From a virus: a stretch of 64,000 nt of DNA. The notes below the pieces were generated by a model that worked only from the letters and a program-made list of their open reading frames with translations, was not told the origin of the DNA and did not search any database. The translations under genes and the position numbers were made by a program. Of this stretch, positions 16,958-27,358 are shown piece by piece (the stretch's first letter is position 1; the number at the start of each line of letters is the position of its first letter). The stretch covers positions 26,914 to 90,913 of IMG/VR virus record IMGVR_UViG_3300023172_000016; one strand, written 5' to 3'.

Positions 16958-18070
16958 CTACTTGGTGACGCTTATTTCCCTCTTGGATCTGGCAAGAGCA
17001 CTTCCGATTACGTGGTGCATATCGTAATATTTGTACTCAGCTAATCTTCCACCAAATATATACTTATCAGAAATTTGTTCAGCCAATTTCTTGTAGGCTG
17101 AATAAATGTTTTTATTCTTTTCGTCAGATACTGGATAAAACCTCTCTTTGCCTAATTTCCACTCGGAGGGAAACTCTTTGGTAATGACTGTCTTATCTGA
17201 TTTTACCCAATCAAAATGCTTGTGTTCACATATCCTTGTCCAAGGTATATCGGCTTCAGTGTAGTTTATTAAAGCATTTCCCTGAAAGTCTTCAATATCT
17301 AAAATTTGTGAATTGAAGTCTAGACTTCGATATTCTAAGATACCCTCTGAATAATCAAAGAATTCGTCGATAGGACCGGTGAAAACTATTTTTTTGGCTT
17401 GAGATTCCCAATATTTTCTGTCCTCTAAGAAATCAACATTAAACTTTACCGGGACATCACCTTGGATATTCTCTATCATTTTGGTGTAACCACCAATAGG
17501 TATTCCTTGGTACTTATCGAAATAATAATTATCGTCGTATGTTAACCTTATCGGTAGTCTCCTTATGATGAAAGAAGGCAATTCTTTAGGGTCTCTTCCC
17601 CATTGCTTAGTAGTGTATCCCCTTACAAACTTTTCGTAAATCTCTTCTCCAACCTCATTAAGAACCCACTCTTCGAGGTTTGAGGGTTTCTTAATTTTTA
17701 TCCTAACCTCGTCTAATTTTTTCTTTGCCTCTTCGGGAGTATTAACACCAAAAAGCTGATATAATGTCATGAGGTTAATCGGGAATGAAAATATTTTTTC
17801 CCCGTACTTAACTTTGGGTCTATTCACATAATTATTAAACTTAGCAAATCTGTTTACATAGTTCCAAATGCCATCATCAGATGTGTGGAATATATGGGGT
17901 CCATATTTATGAACCTCTATACCATGCACATTTTCGGTATAGCAATTTCCACCGCTATGATTCCTCCTCTCGAGGATAAGGCAACTCTTACCGGACTCTG
18001 TAAGTTGTTGTGCAAATACACTACCAAAAAGACCGGAGCCAACTACGATATAGTCATAAGTATCATTCAT
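16958..18070 (-). CDS. glf: UDP-galactopyranose mutase
   Basis: VGSGLFG, HKYGPHIFHT, YQGIP, TRICEHKHF, GRLAEYKYYDM. Confidence 0.95.
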   Translation of the reverse strand: MNDTYDYIVVGSGLFGSVFAQQLTESGKSCLILERRNHSGGNCYTENVHGIEVHKYGPHIFHTSDDGIWNYVNRFAKFNNYVNRPKVKYGEKIFSFPINLMTLYQLFGVNTPEEAKKKLDEVRIKIKKPSNLEEWVLNEVGEEIYEKFVRGYTTKQWGRDPKELPSFIIRRLPIRLTYDDNYYFDKYQGIPIGGYTKMIENIQGDVPVKFNVDFLEDRKYWESQAKKIVFTGPIDEFFDYSEGILEYRSLDFNSQILDIEDFQGNALINYTEADIPWTRICEHKHFDWVKSDKTVITKEFPSEWKLGKERFYPVSDEKNKNIYSAYKKLAEQISDKYIFGGRLAEYKYYDMHHVIGSALARSKREISVTK

Positions 18071-18072
18071 TA

Positions 18073-18915
18073 TTAAATTTCAAAGGTCGTTTTATTTTTC
18101 ATCCATTCAACTAAACTATCCAGATCTTTTCCGGGTTTAAATCCATGGTAGAATAAAATCCGACTACTATCATCACAGGTCTCGTACAAACGAGTATCTA
18201 AATTATCCAACGAATATTCTCTGAACTTATCTATAACAACGTTTTCTTCTGTCTCTATATTTAAAAAAGAATCAAAAGATGTGGTATTAAAAAATACAAG
18301 GTCAAAAAAATCTGTACAGCCTCCTTTCCAGAGGGTAATATTATAAGCGGTCTCCTCTCTAAAAGGGAAATATATCTCTTTTTTCTTAAGAAGATACGGA
18401 TTAAGTAGGATCGATTTCCACTCCTCCAGGAAATCTAGACAATTGTCGTTATATGAAATCATGCTGGCCCATAAATATTTACAAGATCTTTCAGCAATAC
18501 CGAAATATTCCATGAGCTTAGTTTCATCATAAACAATAGTCTCCTCACCAAAAGATTTCCATATCCAAACGTGGTCTTGTGGTCCCGAGGATGATATTGG
18601 TAATTCAGAGCTTTCGTTGATCAACTTCTCTGGATCAAACCTCTTACTTAATATGATATCACAATCCATATAGAGGATATGACTGTCATAATTTAGCCCA
18701 TCGATGAGAATATCTGGTTTATAGTAAGTAAGGTCCGGTTTTTCCGGATCTAATTCATATCTGATCTTGGTGAAATTTGGATATTCTAGAGTAGAATCAA
18801 AACCAACTGTGTAGTATAGGACATGAACATCCCCAACACTAGCATATTTTCTGGAAACCATAAAAGCATTAACCATGCTTTCGTACACAGAATCAGAATA
18901 AACCAAAATCCTCAT
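18073..18915 (-). CDS. putative GT-A glycosyltransferase
   Basis: YYKP..., YMDCD (DxD), EETAYN, FYHG; adjacent to glf. Confidence 0.6.
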   Translation of the reverse strand: MRILVYSDSVYESMVNAFMVSRKYASVGDVHVLYYTVGFDSTLEYPNFTKIRYELDPEKPDLTYYKPDILIDGLNYDSHILYMDCDIILSKRFDPEKLINESSELPISSSGPQDHVWIWKSFGEETIVYDETKLMEYFGIAERSCKYLWASMISYNDNCLDFLEEWKSILLNPYLLKKKEIYFPFREETAYNITLWKGGCTDFFDLVFFNTTSFDSFLNIETEENVVIDKFREYSLDNLDTRLYETCDDSSRILFYHGFKPGKDLDSLVEWMKNKTTFEI

Positions 18916-18926
18916 TACTCGTTTAT

Positions 18927-19196
18927 CTACATCCTTGTTACAACCTCACTGAAAAGATGTTCTACCTCCATTGCAGCGTGCAATTTTTGGAGTTCAGAAC
19001 ATTTTTGGAAATCCTCCTCCAATTCAAAAAAATCTAGCAGCTCTTTCACCCTTTCACATTTAAATAAGGTTGAAAAATATTTATCCGTAATGAAATCTTT
19101 ACGGTACTTCATAATCATGGAGTAATTATCATACATGAAATTTCTATATTCCTCAAACCCGTCATCAAACAGGTATTCTAAAAATGGGTCTGCCAT
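18927..19196 (-). CDS. hypothetical protein
   Basis: 89 aa; EEDFQKCSEL UVR-like motif. Confidence 0.6.
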   Translation of the reverse strand: MADPFLEYLFDDGFEEYRNFMYDNYSMIMKYRKDFITDKYFSTLFKCERVKELLDFFELEEDFQKCSELQKLHAAMEVEHLFSEVVTRM

Positions 19197-19576
19197 TACT
19201 TATCCTGATTTCTAAGTCTAAGCCAGTTCTTGATGCTCAATATAGCGGTAGTCAAAATAACCATGCCACCAATAAAGAACAGTCCGTCAAACTCGTCGTA
19301 TCCGGATTGCAAAATTGTTAACTGCACCAGCCCAAACATATAACCAAACCACATTATCACCCAAACTAAGTCGGGTACCCTTTTTGTCCTTTTGGTTATT
19401 TTTTCAACTTTCTCATCATGTACTACTCTACTTAGAGCATCTTGCAGATCCTTTCCATATGCAGGAACATTTTCTGTCGTTCCATCCTCATTTAATACAG
19501 TGACTTCATACTTAAGCCATTCAGGAAAGGATTCAGATTCCTTTCTATATTCAACTCTAATTGCTTTCTTTCTCAT
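19196..19576 (-). CDS. membrane protein
   Basis: Two C-terminal hydrophobic helices. Confidence 0.65.
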   Translation of the reverse strand: MRKKAIRVEYRKESESFPEWLKYEVTVLNEDGTTENVPAYGKDLQDALSRVVHDEKVEKITKRTKRVPDLVWVIMWFGYMFGLVQLTILQSGYDEFDGLFFIGGMVILTTAILSIKNWLRLRNQDK

Positions 19577-19748
19577 TTTGGTTATAGGTTTTTTCTATTG
19601 ATTTAAGGTACTCCATAGAACTGACTGGACCTAAGATCGCATCAGGGGAGTACAGATAAATGTGTAGGAACATTCTATCATCATTATATCTCTCTCTTAT
19701 TAATTTTAGGGAGGAGATGTCAGGTAAAAATCTTTTATTAAATCCCAT
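19557..19748 (-). CDS. hypothetical protein
   Basis: 63-aa ORF abutting the polymerase stop codon. Confidence 0.5.
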   Translation of the reverse strand: MGFNKRFLPDISSLKLIRERYNDDRMFLHIYLYSPDAILGPVSSMEYLKSIEKTYNQNEKESN

Positions 19749-20894
19749 TTAAAATAAAGTGTTAATCATGAACAGATTAGGTGATATAGGAGTGTGACCC
19801 ATTACCTCTATGAATCTGTTAATTGGATCCAGAATAGTCTTTGTAAACTGCTGATCAAAATCTATCGGGGGAGCAAATTCATATGGAAAAGTTCCTTGAG
19901 AATACGCAAACACATTGTTATCCCCGGGGTTCTTAACCTTAACAAAATAGAATCTTACCTTTTCTCCACCCCCGATCAAAGGATATTTGTCCTTGTATTT
20001 TGTTGAATTTAATAAGTAATTGTGGTAAGCTGAAGCTCTCACGTGGATGGGACATCCCTTTGCTACCTCTAATGCTGTTGTATCATTAAGAACGAACTTC
20101 TCATAATTATTGAGATTTACAGCAACAGCTATATTCTCAGGCTCTTGAGCTTTAAAATCTGTTTTAATGGATTTTAGCTCCCTGACAAACTCTCTTAGTT
20201 CAAACGACCTACCGCGTTCAAAAATAAACTTAGTTAGGTAGATCAGCTTTTCTCTTACAAAGGAAGGAGTGCCACCCTTAACCATCTCAACTCCGGTAGT
20301 CTTAATTGATGTTAGTGGGTCTGAGTGAACCCCATCGGAGTAAACAATATTTGTTACATACTTTTTTTTACCAAGGAAAATTCCATTGATGGATAGAGTT
20401 TCCATCTCAAAATCTTGGTAATTATCAGTACCCCATTTTTCTGCATAGATATCAAAACATTTCTTAAGATACCCAACAAGCCTGTTTTCGTTTATAGACA
20501 GGATAAGATCTTTATCCGTTCCTTTCCAACCATCGCAAGATGAAACAACCTCCTGGAAGGTAACGTAGTTAGAATCAGTATCTCCATACACAACCATTGG
20601 TTTGCGAATCCTCTTAACATTCGTAAGACCAAGTTTTTCGTGCAGCTCTTTATCTTTATGCCAAAACTCGTGGAAGTACTTGTGAAGTATCTTCTCGGAG
20701 TGCTTGATCAAGTCTTGTCCTTGCAGTGTCACAGCTTCAGCAACCTCAGGATTGAAACAAACAAACCAGCTGTTACCAATCGCTCCGTAGATTGAGTTCA
20801 TGGTAAGTTTAACTGCTTGCTCCTCGTTCTTCAGCTCATTCTTTAATGCAGTGAGCTTTTCAATTTTTTCCCTTAGCGCTGGTACTTCAGACAT
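19749..20894 (-). CDS. DNA polymerase family B, C-terminal half (gp43B-like)
   Basis: KLTMNSIYGA (motif B), YGDTDS (motif C), KKKY. Confidence 0.9.
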   Translation of the reverse strand: MSEVPALREKIEKLTALKNELKNEEQAVKLTMNSIYGAIGNSWFVCFNPEVAEAVTLQGQDLIKHSEKILHKYFHEFWHKDKELHEKLGLTNVKRIRKPMVVYGDTDSNYVTFQEVVSSCDGWKGTDKDLILSINENRLVGYLKKCFDIYAEKWGTDNYQDFEMETLSINGIFLGKKKYVTNIVYSDGVHSDPLTSIKTTGVEMVKGGTPSFVREKLIYLTKFIFERGRSFELREFVRELKSIKTDFKAQEPENIAVAVNLNNYEKFVLNDTTALEVAKGCPIHVRASAYHNYLLNSTKYKDKYPLIGGGEKVRFYFVKVKNPGDNNVFAYSQGTFPYEFAPPIDFDQQFTKTILDPINRFIEVMGHTPISPNLFMINTLF

Positions 20895-20898
20895 GCTA

Positions 20899-21660
20899 TT
20901 ATTTTTCTATGATTCCAACTGCTGTTGATGTTTCTGTTTGTTCAGAGAAAAACACTATACGATTTTCGTGAACGTAGCATTCAGAGGATTCAGCATCAAC
21001 GTAGTTTAAGTGGGATTTATAAATGGAAGATTCTAGAGGATCTTCAACCTCTATTTCAGAGGTTCCAATATTTAGCTTATAATCAAAGGAGTCACCAGTA
21101 ATCTTTACTTGCTCTTTGTTTACCCTATATACAAGAAGTTCTTCCGAGTTGGACTCTAAACCACAAAGAGACATTACAGATGAAAAATCTGAATTATAGA
21201 TTTTGAATTTAGACATGGCATCTTCCTTTGAATGAACCATTCCTAAGATAGTGTCTTCAACATATGAAAGGAGGGAAAGATCAGCACATCTAATCTTGAT
21301 CTTCAAAGACGGGGATACCACTTGCATTTCAGAGGCAACACATTCTCCATCAACTTCAGAGATTGTTAGATCCAGGTGTATATCCTCTTCTGGACGGAAG
21401 TGCTTAAAGCAATCCATTAAACGTGTAACATCAATCAATCCAATCTTAACTCGATCACACCCAAGATCATCAAACCCAGGTACCTCTTCGAACACCTGGT
21501 TGATATCAACGGATGAGTATTTCATAACAGCCTTATCTGGCGTGTGTACTTTACAAAACAATTTTTCAGCGTTCAATTCCAAAAGAACACTTTTATCAAC
21601 GACCTTAAGCTTCTTTAGAAAAGCAATCAGATTGCTTGTGCTTGTTACCCTAATCTTCAT
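20899..21660 (-). CDS. probable sliding clamp (gp45/PCNA-like)
   Basis: 253-aa acidic alpha/beta protein adjacent to the polymerase; inferred from size and context. Confidence 0.5.
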   Translation of the reverse strand: MKIRVTSTSNLIAFLKKLKVVDKSVLLELNAEKLFCKVHTPDKAVMKYSSVDINQVFEEVPGFDDLGCDRVKIGLIDVTRLMDCFKHFRPEEDIHLDLTISEVDGECVASEMQVVSPSLKIKIRCADLSLLSYVEDTILGMVHSKEDAMSKFKIYNSDFSSVMSLCGLESNSEELLVYRVNKEQVKITGDSFDYKLNIGTSEIEVEDPLESSIYKSHLNYVDAESSECYVHENRIVFFSEQTETSTAVGIIEK

Positions 21661-21720
21661 TTCTTGTGATTTAACTTTAATCTTCTATAGTACCTACAGG
21701 AATTAATTTCGTCTCTACAC

Positions 21721-21747
21721 AAAAAATCCCGACTATTGCCGGGATTT
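21721..21747 (-). terminator. intrinsic terminator
   Basis: AAATCCCGGC-AATA-GTCGGGATTT plus T run. Confidence 0.7.
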
Positions 21748-21767
21748 AAATTTGATTGTGGTGATGT

Positions 21768-22745
21768 CTATTGCATACCGGTAGATCTAATAGTGTCGAT
21801 AATAACTCTCTTATCTACAGGATTGAGTGTTTCTGCCCATTTTCTCACAGATTGAACATCAGTTGGTATTGATGCATAGCTATTAGTAGACGAGCTTTCC
21901 TTTCCTTTATCACCAGATTCTTCCTTTGGAGATTCTTTAGCTGCAGTAGCATCAAAAGCCTTTTTAGAAAAATCCTCTATATTCTTTACAATCGTGTCGA
22001 ATTCTTTCTTTGATTGTGCTGGAAGATCCTTAGTTTCAACGTCGTCGATCTTGCCTTCAACTTCCTCTTTTCTTGCTACACCAAAGTCTATCTTAGATCC
22101 CTTAATTTTTGAGTTCAGATCGTTTGCGATTTCAATTATAAGATCGTTGCTAAGATTTACTTTCTCATTATTAAACATTTCAGAAAAAGTCTTACCTAAC
22201 ATATCGTAGAATAATCTCATTTGGTTAGCAATTTCACTTTTATAAGATGCATATGGACTTCCATCGGAAAGAGTTTCACCAAGACCTTTCATAATCTCAT
22301 CATAAGTAGTATCCTTCCCTAGAATTGTGAACTTCTCTATTAAACCTCTCTCAATAGCACTGAACTCTTGCCATACCTGAGGCCAAGCTTCCTTCCAAAA
22401 AGATCCTGCATTTGATTTCTTATTTTCTATAATATCCTTACCGTCAAATTCTACAGTTGGGATTATATAGCTAATAAGCGTTGGGAAAATTTTCTTAGAT
22501 ATTCTATTAAATGCTGCATTAAATATAGCTCTATCAGAAGACTTCTCAATATTATTGGCGGAAACTTCTTTTACATTCTCCAACCAAGCATCGACCACTC
22601 TTGTAGCAACATCATAGGGCTTGATAGATTCACCGTTTATATCGATCTCCTTGTCTAGAGGTAAACCGGATCCACCCCAATTTATTTTCAGATCCTCGTT
22701 TAGTGAGAGGTAGTATCTCTTAGAAAAACTTTGTATGTTATCCAT
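21768..22745 (-). CDS. hypothetical protein (possible internal virion protein)
   Basis: 325 aa; GATATATA upstream; N-terminal IQSFSKR...LNE. Confidence 0.65.
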   Translation of the reverse strand: MDNIQSFSKRYYLSLNEDLKINWGGSGLPLDKEIDINGESIKPYDVATRVVDAWLENVKEVSANNIEKSSDRAIFNAAFNRISKKIFPTLISYIIPTVEFDGKDIIENKKSNAGSFWKEAWPQVWQEFSAIERGLIEKFTILGKDTTYDEIMKGLGETLSDGSPYASYKSEIANQMRLFYDMLGKTFSEMFNNEKVNLSNDLIIEIANDLNSKIKGSKIDFGVARKEEVEGKIDDVETKDLPAQSKKEFDTIVKNIEDFSKKAFDATAAKESPKEESGDKGKESSSTNSYASIPTDVQSVRKWAETLNPVDKRVIIDTIRSTGMQ

Positions 22746-22761
22746 ACCTAAGATTTTTCAT

Positions 22762-24144
22762 TTATATATCCTCAGAATCCTCGCCTTCCTCAAGATCAAA
22801 CACCTCTATCTCTGGATCAACAGAAATGCTCTTGGCGGCTACGGCTTTAGGTATAAGAGATGCTGGTTTAGTTTTCTTGAGTTCTCCAGTAATCTTCTTA
22901 ACCACAGCCCTTTGTTTAGTGATAGCTTTTTTGGTCTCTCTGATCTTGGATTTGATCCCTTTGATTAAATCCTCGGTCTCTTTAATATGGTCTGATGATA
23001 GCTTTACTATTTGAATCTGGGAAAGCTTTTGTGATATCCACTTTACAAACTTGTTGAGAAATTCGACAATTTCACTATTCTGTCTCTTCTTTTGGCTCAT
23101 GAATATCAAGAACTTTAGCTTAGCCTCCAAAAAATCGAGATCCATATTCAGATCAACCTCATCCTTCATAAGTCTTTTCAGCCTCACATTCTCTAAATGG
23201 ACCCGGAAAGAATCTAAATATGATTTGACAGAATCAAACTGAGCAACAGCTCCATCTTTGATAAACACAACGTTTTCCCTTACTACTATTTTTGTTTGCT
23301 TCTTGATAACCTCAACAGCTTGTTTAAATTCTGCTGGCGATACTTTCTTTAAAGAAATACCAACATCACATTTACTCTGAGAATTGTTCTGCATGTAGTA
23401 TTCATACCCGTAATAATCGAGCTTGAATAGAAGCTTCTTCATGAAAGAGTCATACCTCATAATAGGAGGCAGATCAAATATCCTTATGGTCTTTTTTCTT
23501 TCATTGACTTCAAAACCACTCTCAAGTATCCAAGAATCGTCTGAATCAAGTTTATATATTTTTCCACTGAAGTCCTTAAAGTATGGTTTCAGAAGTTTGT
23601 TTTTACCTTCCAGATATTCCACAATATCTTCCATCTTTCTTGGCAGAATATTGCTTCTATATCCAACAGCAATACCAACTATATGTGTAAGCAACCCAAC
23701 CGGAATTTCTAGATGGAGCCAGTCGTGTCCACCCTCCTCATTTTTTTCGTTTAGGTCCTTATGTTTCTCAACAATGTCCTTGACATTTCTGTTTATTTTA
23801 ACAGCAGTATATCTTGGGGCTGACGGGTTAGGATTAACTGGGGATCCAAAAAATCCATCTCCCTCAAGTATTTCAAACGAACACCCAAAAGGTCTAGCAA
23901 GTTTTGAAATAGCACCAGCAAGGGAAGAATCCCCATGGTGATATAGTCCGGTTCTAATCACCTCACCCACAAGCCCAATGGTTTTATTAAATGAGTTTGG
24001 ACTATTCTCTATAATTATTCTCTGTACTGGGGTTAAGGAATCATAGAAATTAGGAATTCCCCTTGATTGCAAAACATACAGAGCATAATCTCTGTACTTT
24101 TGATTTATTTGATCCGCGATCGATAATGTACTAACAGCCACCAA
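22762..24144 (-). CDS. type IIA topoisomerase subunit A (gp52/GyrA/ParC-like)
   Basis: RGIPNFYDSLTPVQR, YHHGDSS, SAPRYT catalytic Tyr. Confidence 0.9.
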   Translation of the reverse strand: MVAVSTLSIADQINQKYRDYALYVLQSRGIPNFYDSLTPVQRIIIENSPNSFNKTIGLVGEVIRTGLYHHGDSSLAGAISKLARPFGCSFEILEGDGFFGSPVNPNPSAPRYTAVKINRNVKDIVEKHKDLNEKNEEGGHDWLHLEIPVGLLTHIVGIAVGYRSNILPRKMEDIVEYLEGKNKLLKPYFKDFSGKIYKLDSDDSWILESGFEVNERKKTIRIFDLPPIMRYDSFMKKLLFKLDYYGYEYYMQNNSQSKCDVGISLKKVSPAEFKQAVEVIKKQTKIVVRENVVFIKDGAVAQFDSVKSYLDSFRVHLENVRLKRLMKDEVDLNMDLDFLEAKLKFLIFMSQKKRQNSEIVEFLNKFVKWISQKLSQIQIVKLSSDHIKETEDLIKGIKSKIRETKKAITKQRAVVKKITGELKKTKPASLIPKAVAAKSISVDPEIEVFDLEEGEDSEDI

Positions 24145-24194
24145 TTATTTCTTTTAACGGTAGTTGTATAAATCTTAAAAGGATTTGTTTCTAA

Positions 24195-25337
24195 TTAAGA
24201 AAGCTTTGATCCAACATCATCCATTTGGATAAGGGCAACATCTATTTTTCTTTGTCTTGCTGATTTTAGCTTACCAAGAACCCTATTCAGATCCGATGCT
24301 TTGGCAAAAACCAAACATCCAGCAGACCAAGTATTTACATTTTTAGAAGTTCCTCTAGATCTGGCTCTGTGAATGTTTATGCTGAATTTACCACTTTGTG
24401 AATTACCAGGGGAGAATGTTTTGAAAGTTGCATCTTTGGGATTAGCAACAGGTACATATCTATCAACGTTTACTTTACCGTCCTGTACAAAGGCACTATA
24501 ACCTCTATGAGTACCTATTTTATAGTCATATACTCCGGGTTGAACAATAGCAAGCCCTTTGGGGTTAATGGTATCTTTTAGACCTGTTGAAAGGTACCAG
24601 TTTCTAAAAGGCCTTACCATAAACATAGGCCCAGGAACAGTAGTTGCCTCGTATGTCCACACCTTCTTTTCGTCCTCTGGAGACATTAATATAATAAGAT
24701 CAATGAAGTGATTTCCTGATTTTTTCTTCTCCGAAAGGTAGTTTCTTAGAGCAACCAAGTTGTATTTGCTCTTGTCCATCTCTCTCCAATAATTTTGGCT
24801 CTCAAGAGCTGATTTAAGGGAATCCCAAGTAATCTTGTTCTTATTTCTAAATTTATATGAAGAGCTTCTAGGTAATAAAGATGCATCAGGCTCAAGCACC
24901 GCATTAACGTCATCCTCTGCCGCTCTTATTGCATCACCAACTTCCTCGACTTCTCTCCGGACATTAGGATTCTTGTTTAAAACATTTATTAGTTCATTAT
25001 GTGGTGCTGGTGCATCAGTTGGGGTTCCAAGGTTACTGGAGTTCAGCAACCATTGTTCAAGGGATGATCCAACCTTAGTTGCCATAAGTAAATCAAGGCC
25101 CGTCATTTTTTTAGGATCCATGAAAGAATCAAAATCTACCGGCTCTTGTGTAGGCGGTGCAGTATTGGAAGCAGGTTTATTGGTTGTTATAGAAACATGA
25201 GATTCAGGATCTTTTAAGATATCCATCAGTTTGTTTCTAGTTACTCCTGCAGTCCTACCTAAAAGGGATGAGCTCTCGTAAATGGAATCTTCCCTTTCGT
25301 TTATAAATTCTTCAAATCCCTTTAAATTCTTTCCCAT
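24195..25337 (-). CDS. hypothetical protein with C-terminal YkuD-like (H...WSAGC) domain
   Basis: ATTVPG...INIHRA...WSAGCLVF. Confidence 0.55.
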   Translation of the reverse strand: MGKNLKGFEEFINEREDSIYESSSLLGRTAGVTRNKLMDILKDPESHVSITTNKPASNTAPPTQEPVDFDSFMDPKKMTGLDLLMATKVGSSLEQWLLNSSNLGTPTDAPAPHNELINVLNKNPNVRREVEEVGDAIRAAEDDVNAVLEPDASLLPRSSSYKFRNKNKITWDSLKSALESQNYWREMDKSKYNLVALRNYLSEKKKSGNHFIDLIILMSPEDEKKVWTYEATTVPGPMFMVRPFRNWYLSTGLKDTINPKGLAIVQPGVYDYKIGTHRGYSAFVQDGKVNVDRYVPVANPKDATFKTFSPGNSQSGKFSINIHRARSRGTSKNVNTWSAGCLVFAKASDLNRVLGKLKSARQRKIDVALIQMDDVGSKLS

Positions 25338-25369
25338 TCAAGCGAGGATATTTATACTATTTATCCCAT

Positions 25370-25720
25370 CTAACGGGAATTTCTTTCAAAGGAAAAGAAA
25401 AACACTACTAAGCTATTTAAAAGAACGCTAATTCCACTTATTAAAAATCCTATTGCTAGAATATTAAGTGCGTTTACAAATATCGAGTCCCTATATGCCC
25501 AGTTAATCATGAAAGAAAGAGGGTTGTAAATAGTTCCAGAGATGGACAGAAATCCAAGTATAATACCAACCCAAAATCCACTACATTGAATACATGAAAA
25601 CAACTTATGTAAAGTTGGTGCTTTTACCAATAGGTAAATTCTCAATGGGTCAAATATAGTTCCATTAACAAGGATGGAAGTTATTGACCACCCGATTAGA
25701 AGATAAATTAGCTCTTTCAT
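25370..25720 (-). CDS. DUF1360-like membrane protein
   Basis: IFDPLR...LFSCIQCSGFWVG and several hydrophobic helices. Confidence 0.6.
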   Translation of the reverse strand: MKELIYLLIGWSITSILVNGTIFDPLRIYLLVKAPTLHKLFSCIQCSGFWVGIILGFLSISGTIYNPLSFMINWAYRDSIFVNALNILAIGFLISGISVLLNSLVVFFFSFERNSR

Positions 25721-25721
25721 A

Positions 25722-26741
25722 TTAAAATTTTTCTTGGTAAGATTCTATAAATTCTTGTTGATCTGGGGTTAGGTTCTTTGGCACTTTAATTCCCATCTTA
25801 ACTAGTATATCACCACGATAACTTGAGTTAAATTCAGGAACCCCCTTACCAGCCAATCTGAATATTTTTCCGGGAGGAGTACCACCAGGAATTGTTATTT
25901 TATATTCACCACTAGATACAAGATTCGGGATGTGTACTTCCTTACCTAAGCAAGCCTCAGGAAAAGTAAGATCAACATCACAGATGAGATTATATCCATC
26001 CCTTCGATAGAAATCGTGTTTCTTATCATAAACACTTACAATTAAATCCCCCGGGTCAGATGGTGATTTTGCATGGTCTCCCTTTTCAGGAACTCTAAAT
26101 GTAATACCAGTAACAGAACCCTTGGGTATTTTGATTTCTATTCGGTCAGACTTTCTAACTACACCAGATCCGCCACAGGAATTACAGGATGATTTTGGTA
26201 ATTTGCCAATACCTTCACAAGCATAACAGGTTTCATCCATAGCCATCTGTCCGAAGTTAGTATTTACTACCCTTCTCTTAACACCCATACCAGCACAAAC
26301 ATGACACGTATCAAGGTCACCATCCTTTGCTCCAGTTCCTTTACATTCGGAACATTGCATATTCCTGAACAGGTTTGCATTTTTTGTAGATCCACTAAGT
26401 ACCTCCTCTAAAGTAATCTCAACCCTGGCATTGATATTCTTGCCTTTCTTGATTACCTCACTCTCATAAAAGTTACTGTTGTGAAATCCACCACCGAATG
26501 GATTGAACCCACCACCAAAGGAGCCACCAAATGGATTTGGATTGTCGTACTCCGATTTCTTCTTTGGATTACTTAAAGTCTCGTATGCTTCAGCAATCTC
26601 CTTAAATTTTTTCTCTGATTCTGGATCCCCACCGGATTTATCCGGGTGATACTTTAAAGCTAGTTTTCGATATGCTTTCTTAATCTCATCCGCTGAGGAG
26701 TTCCGATTAACTCCCAGTATTTTATAATAGTCCGGCTTCAT
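25722..26741 (-). CDS. dnaJ: DnaJ chaperone
   Basis: J-domain HPD, G/F region, four CxxCxGxG repeats. Confidence 0.95.
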   Translation of the reverse strand: MKPDYYKILGVNRNSSADEIKKAYRKLALKYHPDKSGGDPESEKKFKEIAEAYETLSNPKKKSEYDNPNPFGGSFGGGFNPFGGGFHNSNFYESEVIKKGKNINARVEITLEEVLSGSTKNANLFRNMQCSECKGTGAKDGDLDTCHVCAGMGVKRRVVNTNFGQMAMDETCYACEGIGKLPKSSCNSCGGSGVVRKSDRIEIKIPKGSVTGITFRVPEKGDHAKSPSDPGDLIVSVYDKKHDFYRRDGYNLICDVDLTFPEACLGKEVHIPNLVSSGEYKITIPGGTPPGKIFRLAGKGVPEFNSSYRGDILVKMGIKVPKNLTPDQQEFIESYQEKF

Positions 26742-26751
26742 TTAACATCCT

Positions 26752-27099
26752 TTAGAAAGAGGATTTAAGCCATTCCCTGATTACCACTTCTTTTCCTCTA
26801 TCAATCTGAGGAACCTTATTCCATTTAGATTTTAGGGATTTTTTTAACCCAACGATTTCACCACAGATCTCATAATTCTCTTCAGCTTCCCAATATGAAA
26901 CCATTCTAAAACAAAAATCATCTATCCTTTCCTCAGAATCGAAAATATAGACGAAGTCTTCCGATTGTAATCTTAAAGCATTGAGAAAAAGATCCTGTAC
27001 TGCTCTTTCGACGTGGCATTTCAAAATGGCATATTGAGGATGTTCGTCAAAGGACGAACTCCAGTCAGAAAAATGATAATTGCCAGATCCTATATCCAT
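26752..27099 (-). CDS. hypothetical protein
   Basis: 115 aa; EENYEICGEI UVR-like motif. Confidence 0.6.
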   Translation of the reverse strand: MDIGSGNYHFSDWSSSFDEHPQYAILKCHVERAVQDLFLNALRLQSEDFVYIFDSEERIDDFCFRMVSYWEAEENYEICGEIVGLKKSLKSKWNKVPQIDRGKEVVIREWLKSSF

Positions 27100-27103
27100 C
27101 GTT

Positions 27104-27358
27104 TTATTTAGTGTCTAAAAATTTATATATCTGTATATAAATTTTTTGGTCAACCAAATCCCGAAAATCAACTTTAAGTTTTTCCAAAACTGTACTTACT
27201 CTTTCATTACCAAAGTGTGAAAATAGGACTTGTTTTTTAATTTCCGCCTCCATCTCGTCATCTCTTTTATATTTAACATTGGAATCTTTAAGATCCAGGA
27301 TGGATTTTTCAAATTCTTGGAATCGTTGTAGATCTTCTTTACTTAATTGTTCAGGCAT
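27104..27358 (-). CDS. hypothetical protein
   Basis: 84-aa ORF. Confidence 0.55.
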   Translation of the reverse strand: MPEQLSKEDLQRFQEFEKSILDLKDSNVKYKRDDEMEAEIKKQVLFSHFGNERVSTVLEKLKVDFRDLVDQKIYIQIYKFLDTK

